The notes under the pieces: model-generated | Databases searched by the model: none | The model's input: the letters and a program-made list of their open reading frames with translations, nothing else | What the model was told of the DNA's origin: nothing | Shown: piece after piece, positions 37,750 to 50,556 of the stretch | How positions within the stretch are numbered: the stretch's first letter is position 1 | Layout: every line of letters starts with the position of its first letter | Origin: Basidiobolus meristosporus CBS 931.73 | Lineage: Eukaryota; Fungi; Basidiobolomycota | NCBI GenBank assembly: GCA_002104905.1 | Contig: MCFE01000511.1 | Location: 784 to 64,783, forward strand | Length of the DNA stretch: 64,000 bases | Reading direction: 5' to 3' | Translations under genes and position numbers: made by a program

Positions 37750-40088
37750 TCAGAGGTTGACATTGGATTGCTCCAAGCTGGGTTGTCCAAATTGGTTGAG
37801 GTAGTTGTTCCAGTCGTTGAAGTCGATCTCTATTTGCAACAGGTTGAGGAGCGGCGCGTCGTGGTTGGATCCCGAGGTGGGATATCCTTGCATGCTATCA
37901 TTAGGAAGCAATGTTGCATCCTCACACATAGTTGGGAGTTGTGAGATAGAGGGTGGTGGCATTTGTTGTGGCGGATAGAAGTTCATCGTATCTTCAAGAA
38001 TACCATGTGGCATGAACGACGTGGGTTGTTGGAGCTGGGTGATAGGGTCATCTAGGCAGATGTTTCCGTTGCTTTCATTTGGGTTGAGCACAGGGCATTT
38101 ACCAGTGCATTCTTGGCTTGGGGCAGGTGGTTGTACATCTGGGTTAGCTTCGTCATAAAATGACTTCAAGCTTGTGACCTCAGAGAATGCAGGAAGAACC
38201 ACGACAGAGCTGGTATCGTTCCGGGGTGGTAGTTTCTCTGACACGTCAGGTGACAAGGCCACACTTGGGGGATCATAGAGAATGGGCTCTGCACCCATAT
38301 CCAAATCGGTAAGACCACGCACCTTTGCCAGGTCTTCCAAAATGGCCGAGACATGCCCTGCACCAAAAAACACATCACTGATCCGTTTCATGATAGCCAG
38401 GTTCACTGCGAAATTGTTCCTTGCCACCCGAGCAAGCTCCGAGTCCTTCGACATAGCATTGATCAAATGGATGGCGCTCGCAGAAAACATCAGCCCTGGC
38501 CTTGCCGGGTTGCCATGCAACATCCACTCCAGGGGAGTGTGGTAGGCTATCCATGTAATGCGGCTAGCTGCTCGCTGGCATATCAGCTGGGCAGGGTTGA
38601 TCTGCGTGCTAGCATTGTTATGTATCGGGATGAACGGTCGATTCAGCAGAATCACCGAGTACTGATAAAACGTGTGGAGCAAACTGCCATGTGGTGTGCT
38701 GATGGTACGGCTATGGTAGTCCACTCGGAACTCTGGTGGAATGGAGGCCTCCCAGTCACTCAGCGACTTGTTGAGCGACCATAGGTTACTGCTTGCCTTA
38801 ATTCGACCATCACCACGAAGAACATATATCGTCTGGATGATTTTACTGATGAGCATCGTCATGCGAACCGATTGTGCGAGGAACCGGATGCTCCTGTTGA
38901 TCTCTGGGCTGAGTTCTCCCTGGTTGAGCTCCAGGGGAAGCGTGGTGTCGAAGTCCTCCTCATTGATGGCTAACGGCTTCCCGCCCAGAGCGCTGTGGAA
39001 CCGATCGAATATCACACACCCCCACCAGGCAAGCTTGCGGTTCTGCTTCTCAATGGGGTCCAGATTCTCCGATTCAAGGTTTCGATGGAGCCCTAGGTCT
39101 TGCGCCATTCTGATCGCTATCCCTAAAAACAACCACCCGCCCATCGGGTTGAATGACATGAGCAGGAGACCCTGGATAGTGTGCAGATTAGAAGTGGTAT
39201 ATTGTTTGTCAAGTGCTGACTTGGCTTCCTTGAAAAAATACACAGTGGCTGAGCGAGAGATCTCTGGGGTTTTGAAGACAGTGAGCCCTTCCAGTACGCA
39301 ACCGACGGCAAATATTGCGTTCATCAGCACCTCCGGGATCTTTTCACCCGAATTCAGCCTCTCGAGAAACCTTGCCTTGTTGAAGACCGGGAAATACGGG
39401 TGTGAACGAGTGAAGTAAACCTCGATCAACTTGTCTTTGGTTTCTTGGCTTGGAAAGTTGGATTCCGGAAGTTTCGGTAGTTTCATGTTTTTTATATCAC
39501 ACATGAATTTCCTGAATACCCCGTTAACATGGTATTTTCCTCCCTCCAAGAGGTACATCCCGGAGCTGCTGCCGACATATCTGTACCCTGATCCGTCTGT
39601 GATGGTGAGCTTAGTGAGTTTGTCGTTCGTGTTTTCCATCTCTTCACTGTCCGAGCTTTCTTGTACGAAGGTCATCTAAAAAGAAGATGAGCATTAGTGT
39701 CCAAGGGAAGGGTGCTTATACATGACCAGCAGTTGGTTACCTCTCTTTTGTGGCTTGAAGTACCTGCGTTGCTTGGCAGACCTAAATCGGCTGCTGCTGC
39801 TGGTTCTGGGGAAGAGTGGGAGTCGTTGTCTAATAAGGTGGCAAGGGCAGCTTCGATCCGTTTAAGACGCCTTTCAAGAGCTTTGGAGTCCGATGCTTGT
39901 GGACCTCTCTTTTTCGGGACATCTAAGAAGGTGCACTCATATCCAAACATGGCACAGTTCGTACAAGCAGGCTTGAGAACGTCACATTTCACTTTCTTTC
40001 TACGACAAATATCGCAGGCACGCATGGTTTTTGATTTTGTCGGTGTACTCTCTACAGTATTCGACTCGTCTATTGTACCTGTTTTCAT
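37750..40088 (-). CDS. Zn2Cys6 fungal transcription factor with fungal-specific TF domain, copy 1 (intron 39676-39740)
   Basis: RACDICRRKKVKCDVLKPACTNCAMFGYEC; YVGSSSG; YFTRSHPYFPVFNK; GIAIRMAQDLGLHR; RKLAWWGCVIFDR. Confidence 0.95.
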
Positions 40089-40458
40089 TATGGAAAATTA
40101 CTCTCTGGGTGGTGCGAACTACTTGTCATAACTGTCTGTAACTTGAACAATAGCTACTGCTACTTTATGTAGTTTTCAGTTTGATCCCTTAATGAATGAT
40201 ATCGGTGGATAAATGGACAAATGTTTTGACCGATAGGCCCAAAATATTGTTAAGATGACGTTTAAGCATATTAGTTTAAATGATGATTAAGTATATACAT
40301 ATTTGTCACATTGATGATCCACCTCCAAAACAGGTATTTTATCTATGTTAAACCTATTCTTATCCTCATCCGAAGGTTATTCAGTAAAAGGCTGAATGGT
40401 AGGATGCCTAACGCAATTCTCCTTCCTGGTGAGGATGTCACTGATTAGCATTGGATTA

Positions 40459-42720
40459 CTATAAGCTGGGTTGTCCAAATTGGTTGAGGTAGTTGTTCCA
40501 GTCGTTGAAGTCGATCTCTATTTGCAACAGGTTGAGGAGCGGCGCGTCGTGGTTGGATCCCGAGGTGGGATATCCTTGCATGCTATCATTAGGAAGCAAT
40601 GTTGCATCCTCACACATAGTTGGGAGTTGTGAGATAGAGGGTGGTGGCATTTGTTGTGGCGGATAGAAGTTCATCGTATCTTCAAGAATACCATGTGGCA
40701 TGAACGAAGTGGGTTGTTGGAGCTGGGTGATAGGGTCATCTAGGCAGATGTTTCCGTTGCTTTCATTTGGGTTGAGCACGGGGCAGTCGTCGCTGTATTC
40801 TTGGCTTGGGGGAGGTGGGTACGGGTGTGAATCGGGGGTGGTCTTGTTGTAGAACGCTTTTATGATTTCTACGGCGGAGGAAGAGGGTAGGACCATTACA
40901 GAGCTGGTATCATTCCGGGGTGGTAGTTTCTTTGACACGTCAGGTGACAAGGCCACACTTGGGGGATCATAGAGAATGGGCTCTGCACCCATATCCAAAT
41001 CGGTAAGACCACGCACCTTTGCCAGGTCTTCTAAAATGGTTGGAATATGACCAACACCGAAGAACACATCACTGACCCTCTTCAAGATAGCCAGGTTCAC
41101 TGCGAAATTGTTCCTTGCCACCCGAGCAAGCTCCGAATCCTTCGACATAGCATTGATCAAATGGATGGCCCCCGCAGAAAACATCACCCCTGGCCTTGGT
41201 GGATTGCCATGCAACATCCACTCCAGGGGAGTGTGGTAGGCTATCCATGTAATGCGGCTAGCTGCTCGCTGGCATATCAGCTGGGCAGGGTTGATCTGTG
41301 TGCTAGCAATGTTGTGTATCGGGATGAACGGTCGATTCAGCAGAATCACCGAGTACTGATAAAATGTGTGGAGCAAACTGCCATGTGGTGTGCTGATGGT
41401 ACAGCTATGGTAGTCCACTCGGAACTCTGGTAGGAATGGAGGCCTCCCAGTCACTCAGCGACTTGTTGAGCGACCATAGGTTGCTGCTCGCCTTAATTCG
41501 ACCATCGCCACGAAGAACATATATCGTCTGGATGATTTTGCTGATGAGCATCGTCATGCGAACCGATTGTGCGAGGAACCGGATGCTCCTGTTGATCTCT
41601 GGGCTGAGTTCTCCCTGGTTGAGCTCCAGGGGAAGCGTGGTGTCGAAGTCCTCCTCATTGATGGCTAACGGCTTCCCGCCCAGAGCGCTGTGGAACCGGT
41701 CGAATATCACACACCCCCACCAGGCAAGCTTGCGGTTCTGCTTCTCAATGGGGTCCAGATTCTCCGATTCAAGGTTTCGATGGAGCCCTAGGTCTTGCGC
41801 CATTCTGATCGCTATCCCTAAAAACAACCACCCGCCCATCGGGTTGAATGACATGAGCAGGAGTGCCTGGATGGTTTGCAAAGAAGATTCGGTATATTGT
41901 TTGTCAAGTGCTGACTTGGCTTCCTTGAAAAAATACACAGTGGCTGAGCGAGAGATTTCTGGGGTTTTGAAGACAGTGAGCCCTTCCAAGACGCAGCCGA
42001 CGGCATAGATTGCGTTCATCAACGCCTCCGGGTTCTTTTCACCCGAATTCAGCCTCTCGAGAAACCTTGCCTTGTTGAAGACTGGGAGATACGGATGGGA
42101 GCGAGTGAAGTAAACCTTGATCAGTTTGTCTCGCGTTTGTTGACCTATGAAATTGGACTCGGGTAACTCCGGTAGTTTCGTGCCTTTACCATCACATATC
42201 AACTTCGTGAAAATTCCGTTCACATGGTATCTTCCTCCCTCCAAGAGATACATCCCGGAGCTGCTCCCGACATATCTGTATCCCGATCCGTCAGTGATAG
42301 TGAGCCTATTCATTTCTTCGCACATATTCACCGACTCTTCGCTGTCGGAGCTTTCCTGTGTGAAGATTAGCGTTGTGTCCAAGGTAAGGGTGCTTGTGTG
42401 TGATCGAAGCTTTTAGTACTTACTTTGCTTGCCGGCGGGTCAAAGGAGTGTGAATCTTTATCTAACAAGGTGGCAAGAGCCGCTTCGATTCGCTCGAGAC
42501 GTCTTTCAAAAGATTTGGAGTCCGATGCTTGTGGACATCTCTTTTTCGGAATATACAAAAAGGTGCACTCGTATCCAAACATAGCACAATTCGTACAAGC
42601 AGGCTTAAGAACGTCACATTTCACTTTCTTTCTACGGCAAATATCGCAGGCACGCATAGCCTTGGGTTTTATAAGTGCGTTCTCTACATTAGTGGGCTCG
42701 TCTATAGTATCAGTTGTCAT
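40459..42720 (-). pseudogene. Zn2Cys6 transcription factor, tandem copy 2 (1-nt insertion at ~41432; intron 42356-42423)
   Basis: Paralog of 37750-40088. ATTCCACCA became ATTCCTACCA (frameshift), KKRGP became KKRCP, and the tail codons GAG CAA became TAG TAA. The frameshift could be an assembly error. Confidence 0.8.
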
Positions 42721-43075
42721 GATGAAAAGTAGCTATCCGGGTGGCGCGAACTACTTGTCATTACTGACTGTAACTTAACGTTGTAACATACAGAAGCGCC
42801 AACTGTTTACTTATGTACAAATCCGTACAGCAGTGGGTCTAGTTTTATTAGGATCCAGATGTCCTATTCTACCATGTGAGTGGTAGTAGCGGATAAATGG
42901 AGAAATGCCGCGACCGATTAGCCCTCAATATCGGTAAACATGTTGATCATCGAAGTCAGGTAATCCAGGTAACATTTATCTTAGGCTTAGTATAATATCG
43001 CTAATTAAGCATCCAACTAAGCCTAGGAAGCGCCAATATAAATGCGGGATGTATGAAGCAGGCTAGTCTACAACA

Positions 43076-43483
43076 ATGTCGGAGCAAGTCCAATTGAAAA
43101 GTATCCCAGGGGGTTATTCTGTTTTTGCACTGCTAACGCCATCCCAGAGACGTCAACTATTCGTAGTGTATATCTCCATCATTCTAATCTTCCTATGCAC
43201 AGCCTTCATATTTCAAGAGGCAATTCAAAAGCATCGGTTTTTGATACTGAGCGTCGCATGCTTGTCAATTTCCCTGATTCTCACTGGGATAATGGTAAGT
43301 GCATATGGTGTGTCTGTGATGTGGCTATGGTGTGGCAACATATTTATCCTGATTTCACAGATCAAGGTACTTCATCAACCACCTACCATCCTGGTGAGTG
43401 TTCCTCCCTCCAACGACCTGGAGGAAGTTCTAGTCTGGCCAAGCCCACCTGCCGTGGTCAAGATCAAGGGGCCAGAGAGTTGA
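43076..43483 (+). CDS. Small hypothetical membrane protein (about 2 TM; probable 66-nt intron 43295-43360)
   Basis: Two hydrophobic stretches; ATG|GTAAGT...CCTGATTTCACAG intron-like segment; no family recognised. Confidence 0.5.
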   Translation: MSEQVQLKSIPGGYSVFALLTPSQRRQLFVVYISIILIFLCTAFIFQEAIQKHRFLILSVACLSISLILTGIMVSAYGVSVMWLWCGNIFILISQIKVLHQPPTILVSVPPSNDLEEVLVWPSPPAVVKIKGPES

Positions 43484-43659
43484 GACGTACATACACAAGC
43501 CGCGCAATAAACCCCACTGTACATTTTAAACATTACTTTTATATTGGTGGATGACACATGTATTCCAGAATTTCACTACTTGTGCATTTCGTTAAAAATA
43601 ATCCCGTCCTGAGGAAATACATTACAAAGTTGGGTGTATAGATGGGTGGTAAAGGGCGC

Positions 43660-46600
43660 CTACTCCTTCACTGGCTCTGGCTCCTGAGTGGCTTGGGACG
43701 AAGCGTCGTCAAAGTCGACGTCACCGCGAATAGACCCGGTACCTGTGGTGTTCACTAGATGGAAAATGGAGGCTTAGAGAAACATTCTCAATCGGCACAA
43801 CAGCTTTCGAAACTCAGTACCTTCTAGACTCAAATGGCTCATGGTTTCATCAATGCGCTCATCATCGGGTGCGGATAACAGCTAAATGGGGAGGTGGATT
43901 GAGTTGGTCGAACGGCTGATAATACTCGCTTCGTTACTAACCTCATCCTCGTATGCATTCCCATTCATGGATTTCTGGCTGTGAGTGCTATCATTGGCCG
44001 TGAGGCTTTCCTTCAGCTCTGTGCGCAGGATACGGGATCAGCTAAAGGGCTCGGATAAGGTAAGATCGGGGCTTTCTTTACCTGGTTGCTGACTTGCGTC
44101 TGATTTGAGCTCAGAATATGCTATGGAAGGAGTGACGGTTTTTTTGGACTTGGCGGTCTCCTCGGCAAGTAACGCCTATACACCATCGTATTGGTAAACA
44201 AAACACAAACCCAAACGTTTTCTAGCAATGGACTTACCGCCTTGTAATCCGCAAACAGCTCCTCATGCTCTTGAGGGTCAGCAAGGGAGTCGGCGATTTT
44301 GGATTTGTTGGATTTGACAAGCTGCTCCTTCCACAGGGCAACGATCCTGGACATATGACTATACGAAAAGTTCAATCAATCAACTCACATCTTCCTCGAA
44401 TACCTGGCAATTACCTGGGAAGATAGGTTCTTGCGAAGAAAGCAGCTTCGGGGATTCTGTCGGTATTTACCAGAATATTTAGACAGTTCTCAAGGTCGCC
44501 CAGGGACCAGTAGCAAGAGAAGGCGATGTTGTTTTTTCCCTCGTCGGCAGCCTTCTGGGCGAGCTCCTGCATCCCGTCGACGTTACCGCAGGCGGTGTAC
44601 ATGAGCAACAGTCCGCTTAGGTCATTTGCCTTCTTCAGGCATTCTTCGGCCAGATTGAATTTCCAGTTGTTTAATGCGACATCGCCAAGAATTCTCCATC
44701 TACTTTCCGAGTCGGTGCTCTTCGCGATTTCATGAGCGAACTCGAGGCGGTTAAGTTGCAGGGCAAGGTCAAACTTGTGCTCGTTATCCGTGGTCACTTC
44801 GAGGGCCAGTTCCTTGAGGTCTTGGCCTTCCAAGAATCTAGCAACCCGGTTTCTTTGGTCGTGACTGATCTGAGGTAGAAGGCTCTCGGCGGTCTCGGTA
44901 TCCCCACGAAGAATGGCGGTCTGGTACTCAACAACCGTCAACGAAAGATTGTAGCTATAGACGTTGGCATCTTTGTCGGCAAGGTAGATTCTATTATCAC
45001 GAGGGATGTACCCAAGGAGATACATGTTGGTGTCAAAGTGGGCGATGGTGTTGACTTGACCACCAACCAGGTAATTCAAGCGGTTCAGGGTGTTGGTATA
45101 CACGAAGCAGTCACCAACCCAATAACCGGTCTTGATGCTTTCTGGAATCTCCGTAACAAACTCCAGTGCATCCTCCACTCCTTCGTCGCCTGGGTTTCCA
45201 CCACTCTCGATGAATTCGTTGTATGCTGCCCGATTGAATCTTAGAACAAAGAAAGAATCATCCGATGCGATGGTCACGAGATCACCAGCCTCGGACCAGT
45301 ACACATTAGTAGCAACAACGTCAATACGTCTGACTAAACCTCCGGTCTCCCAGTCATAGAAATTGAGGAAGGAGGAGCCACGAACTCCAACAAGAACGCC
45401 TCCGAAAAGTCCTTCAATAGAGAACTTCACATGTGAGAGTAGCCCGGACTTTTCCTTGAAGTTTTTGTTGAACACTTTGACGCTGCTGGAGGACTCCCGG
45501 ATGGCATATCTGTTCGAATCAACAGGTTACTTCCAGCTCTGCGGCTTCCGTGGGGCAGGTGGTTTATGCAACTTACTCGTTTGAATCGGTAGCCCAGACA
45601 AACTCCAGGGCACGGCCAAAGCTCTTGTTTCTCCAAGCAAGAGCGGTGTAGATGATATATTCGCCATCACCGCAGACAACCACAAATCTAGTGGAAACAA
45701 GACACGCTTAGTAAAGGGATCTGTGTCTATGATGAACGGGGCAATAATGGAATACCTTCCGTTAGGGCTGTGTTGCAACGTTTGAGGATATACTTCACAA
45801 CTACCCAAGTCTTTGACGGGAAGAGTCATGCGCTCACCCTCTTTGGAATATTCCTCTAAAACACACGGGAATCTAGTTCAGTGGTCATGCTAGAACGCGT
45901 ACCATGACAAGGAAACCTACCGATTCCACTCTTCACGTTTGTAGTCAAGATCTCGTTGTGTCTTGCCCAAATGATTTTCCCGCTATTATCCATGCTGATC
46001 GCAGGCTCCTCACGGCCAAGCTAAAACACTGGTGTGAATAGTCCGCGTCAATTCATCGCCATAGAGCTGCTAACACATACCTTAATAACGACTGCACCCT
46101 CATCGTAACCGATACCAATATCGTTAGAGCCTCGCTGATAAGCCAGCACCCATCCACGATCCAATCCGTAGTTTAGGGTGTTTTCAATGCGATAGGTGTT
46201 GGCGTGCCAGATCTTGACTGAGCCTGTTATGAAAGCGAAGAGGTCAGCTCCTGTAGTACGTGTACCAAATGGTCAAAAGGTCAACAACCATCTTCACTAG
46301 CAGTCAGGATAACTGGCAATTCAGGGTGGAAGCAGGCGGCGGAGACATTCTGGCTATGACCTTCCAATGTTTGCACGCAACTCTTGTTTTGGTAGTCCCA
46401 GATCTTCACCAGCCTAGCAACAGAAAATGTAAGCACAGGCAGCCTCGATAACACGGGTAGATACTGACTTGTCGTCGGCTCCAGATACGAGATAGGGCTT
46501 ATCACCACCACTGTAATAGTCCACAGTGTTTACTCCTTTATCGTGACCTTCGAGAGTGAAGTTGGCAACGGGGGATCCCACATTCCAAACCTTGAATACC

Positions 46601-47475
46601 AATCAATATCAAGCCATGGACAAGACTCGAGATGAGCTGAAGAGTACCTTGATGGTTTTATCGAGAGAAGCACTAGCAAAGGTATTGGTATCTTTTGGAT
46701 TGAAATTGACCATCATGACGTAGTGGGAATGCCCTTCAAAGACCTAGGATACTGGTTAGTCCAGGGCTCAACAACAGCGGTAGACCTGAAGGCCTTACCT
46801 GCATGCACTTCCATCCTTTTTCCCAATTCCATAATTTGATGGTCATATCATCACTACTACTGAGCACATAAGGTTGTGTGGGGTGAACAGCAATACTACG
46901 GATATAATCCACATGGGCATCGAAGCTGGCAACTTTCTCGTGTGTGTTGTAATTGAAGACGCGAAGCTGCATATCATCAGAACCAGCAATAAGCCAACTC
47001 TTTCTGGCGATAAATTTGGCAGCACGCACTGTAGTTTAAGATGATCATCAGCATCAATGCGAGGAAAAGTCGTCACACTACACGAATCGCGTGCAGATGA
47101 GGACGCTGTAAACAAACGGACCTGGCAAATCGGTTACTTCAAAGGTCTTGACCAAGCTCTGAAAATGAGAAGTGAATGAGTATTTTGGTGGTTGGTAGCT
47201 GGGGTGTCTCCAGCCAAGAATCACCGTGCGCACTAAGAGAGTTTCCAGTGATTGAGAGACGTTGACTGTACCTGAGTCTCGTAGTTCCAGACGTAAACAT
47301 TGCCATTGTACAAACTAGCCATAACCCAAGGCTCAGTAGGATGTAGGTCAACACATTTGACTCTGTCAGACCGAGACAAAAGTTTTTTCTAAAAGAGCAA
47401 GATGAATAAGAGGGCGACGTAAAACAAGAGAAGGAAGAACACCAAATGCAGGCATACTTTGATGTCGATTTTCAT
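43660..47475 (-). CDS. SEC27: Coatomer beta' subunit (COPI), multi-exon
   Basis: MKIDIK|[39 protein letters not shown]; WD40 repeats; coatomer WDAD region to [10 protein letters not shown]; acidic tail. The last exons are inferred. Confidence 0.95.
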
Positions 47476-47927
47476 CTCCAAGTAAGAAAGTCTATTACAG
47501 CTTGTTACAAAGACGGCAACAAAGAACGCTTTGGATATGTCAAGCCTTGAGGTATTGTTTCCATATAATGTATGAAAATTGATGTTCAACTATAAGCCGT
47601 GGCTGACGACTGATTTCTTTTGTCCAATCAGAGAAGAATACCTGTGTCCAGCACTATGCTTAATGCCAACAGAATAAGCAAACAACACAAGTTACGCCAT
47701 GGTTTAGTATGATCCTAAGCGAAATCCCCATTATCCTGAGCGAGATCGGTATTGAGAATTAGGGTTCGGAATACTATTTTTGGGGGCACAAATTGAAATA
47801 TAATTGTTCTTTGTCACCAATGGATAGCCATTTCCGTGCAAAATGGTTTAATCGAAAGTCATAAAAGAGTAGCCTGCTGCTCTTTACATGATCAATTTAG
47901 TTTCACCTGTCTTTGCAGTGGTAGACC

Positions 47928-49296
47928 ATGGGCTCGTTGTTGGAACAGCAAAAGGCCTTCAAAAAGAGACTGGCAGCTCAGCCAGTCATACAAAGAGCAC
48001 ATGTAGCAGGCCCACCACCACCAAATCTGTACACACCAATACCAAGCCAACTTCAAGATATTTTGGAGCCGGCAAAGAAAAAACAAAAGATAAAAAAAGG
48101 CAAGTAGACTTGGCACTTGTTCTTCGAGGGGCAGTGCACGGTATATTCGAGGTTGCTGTACACATGTAGTTTTCGAGCTATCTAGTCACATATTCACGCG
48201 TCTAAGAGGATAGTGACTTGTTCTTAGTTGTATGGTGTTTGCTTAGAAACCCATCCTCGCTGCGAATATTTGCAAACCAGCACAAGCACATACTGATGTT
48301 TTAAACTCGATAGTTCTTCCGGAAGCAAGTCCAGCGGTTGGTGGACGGCACACACTCAGTATGGTGTATACGGTGATCAATTTCCTCAAAGTAAGCCTTG
48401 GAAAGTTGACGTGGCCTGAACTGCCACCAGGATAGTTGTTGATTTATTGTTCAGTCAGTAGAAGAACCACAGACAGCAGACGATCTGAAGCGGCATGTTG
48501 GTGCTGACCTTGACGTGAATCCAGAGTTGTATCAAACCCTGACACAGAACAACAAGATCGACTATGACACCAAAACCCATATGTTCTCCTATCGGGTAAC
48601 TATGTGTTGTAGAGACTAGTCATTCAGCGGCGCGTCTAATGCCAATCAACTGAATATTCTTAGCCAGCATATAACATCAAGACGAAAGAAGATCTGTTGG
48701 CACTCTTGCAAGAGAAGCAGGACGAGGGGGGTATGGAGGTGCGAGAGCTGAAGGATTCTTACATTGATGTGAAAGGAGTTGTTGAGGTACTTGCAGCTTC
48801 ATCTGGGAGTAGTCTTTTGGGATGCTGACTGTGGTTGGGATAGGAACTGGCTGAAGCAGGACAAATCTACATCATTCGAAATAAGGATGAGACCCCACGC
48901 ATTCTATTTTACAACGATGCCCGGCTCAACTGCGATTTCGATGCAGGTGACGATATTGGTTTCGAAGCTTTCCCCTGGACCATTCGATGGCTAACGTTTC
49001 ACCATTGCTAGATTTCAAGCAAATGTGGCACGATCTACGAGCACCTGACGAGACCGATTTGCCTGCCGAGCTCGACAAAGGTAACCTCATTGCATTGGGC
49101 CCGCTTGTGCGTGTTACTCACCACCCGATCTTCGACTGGTTTAGCCGGACTCAAAACGATGGAGGTGTTCGAAAAGAAAGCCAAGTCCGACGAACCGAAG
49201 CACAAGAAATCCAAGGCCAGGAATCGGAAGGTCAAGATCACCAACACTCATTTGGAGGGCATCGATCTTACACAGGATTATGTTGCGCCCAGATGA
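47928..49296 (+). CDS. TFA2: Transcription initiation factor TFIIE beta subunit, multi-exon
   Basis: MGSLLEQQKAFKKRLAAQP; HTLSMVYTVINFLK; YRPAYNIKTKEDLLALL; ILFYND; FKQMWHDLRAP; RKVKITNTHL. Confidence 0.88.
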
Positions 49297-49463
49297 ACGT
49301 TGCGGGAAATCAAGTGAGCCTAAACGAAATTCACAATATCCACAAAGCACTGGCTGTCATAGTTGCGCTCAAAACATGAATAAATTTATTGTTTTTCGTC
49401 GTTCTGATTATTTGAGATACAATGGGAGTAAGGAGAGAAGTGTGCATGATGATCCATCTCGAT

Positions 49464-50187
49464 TTAGGCGAGAAGGGCATCCTTCTTGGCTTGCACACGC
49501 TCAGCACGACGCTCACGAGCGGCCTTAGCCTTGAGACGGTGAGCCTCGGCTTGGTCAGCAATAAGCTTAGCTCTGAGCTTCTCGGCCTTGGCCTTGTGAA
49601 TGAACTCCATGAGAACACGCTTGTTCTTGAAGACATTACCTTTAGACTTCATGTAGAGAGAGTGGTACAAGTGCTTGTCGATCTTGCCGGCTTCACGGTA
49701 CTTTCTCAACATACGTCTCAAAACACGTTGACGACGCATCCAAAGGACTTGGGTGGGCATACGAGCCTCGGCGGTACCTCTACGTTTACCAGTGCCAGTG
49801 TGACGTCCCTTGCGCTTGGCAGCGAGTTTTTCACGGACTCTGAAACGAGAGTGAACAACGTTGGGCTTCTTGATGATAAGACCATCCTTGATAAGCTTGC
49901 GAATGTTTTGACCTGGGGAGAGGGTTGGAGTTCGGTTAATACGCGCAGCACCACATAGTGTCGTATCGACTGGTACTTACGAGAGTTGGCGTTGCCGATC
50001 TCATTAACTTCGTTAGGATCGATCCAAACCTTTCTCTTGCCGCACTTGAGGACGCTAGCGGCCAAACGCTTCTGACTGCTTAAAGAAACCCTACGTCAAT
50101 GCGGATTAGTGTCAGCAATGGATGGCTGCATTCGACTCGATCAATGGATACAGATCCAGTCGATTTCCACTAATGAAATCCTTACAT
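49464..50187 (-). CDS. RPL19: 60S ribosomal protein L19 (eL19); start codon split AT|G by intron 1
   Basis: AT|GTAAGG...TAG|G GTT TCT gives [38 protein letters not shown]; [36 protein letters not shown]. Confidence 0.95.
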
Positions 50188-50318
50188 TTTCCGCTTGAAG
50201 CAAACTGTCGGGCAGTAGAGGGGAAAAAGAGAAAGAAACCCCGCCTACCCGGTAAAAAATAGCATTTAACGGGTGCCGATTATTGCGTAAAAATTCTTTT
50301 GACCTGATGCCAATTAAA

Positions 50319-50382
50319 CTTATGATAGGATCCGGCACGCTCCATTTCAAATCTTATGATAGGATCCGGCGTGCTCAATTTC
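50319..50382. repeat. Tandem ~34-bp duplication in the RPL19/ABCB divergent promoter
   Basis: cttatgataggatccggcacgctccatttc followed by cttatgataggatccggcgtgctcaatttc. Confidence 0.85.
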
Positions 50383-50556
50383 TTTGCGTGATGGAACCAT
50401 ATCACGTGGCGAGCGGGATTTGTCCCCGGTGGAGTTACATGTTCGGCCGAAATGTTGATTAAGGAAAACGTAGTCTGATCACCTGTCATGCTCACTGCAT
50501 ATAACTATAAATAATGGCCATCTAAGCTCGTTGAATATCATTGCTCCATTGCTGGA

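Noticed and set aside
38741-39418. Long plus-strand ORFs (also 41436..42008, 49422..49958, 60966..61385)
   Set aside because: Antisense shadows of well-supported minus-strand genes or of the LINE ORF.
47389-47589. Upstream extension of SEC27 (RLDISKAF resembles the N terminus)
   Set aside because: The in-frame MKIDIK followed by a GT donor already matches the Sec27 start; the upstream similarity looks coincidental.
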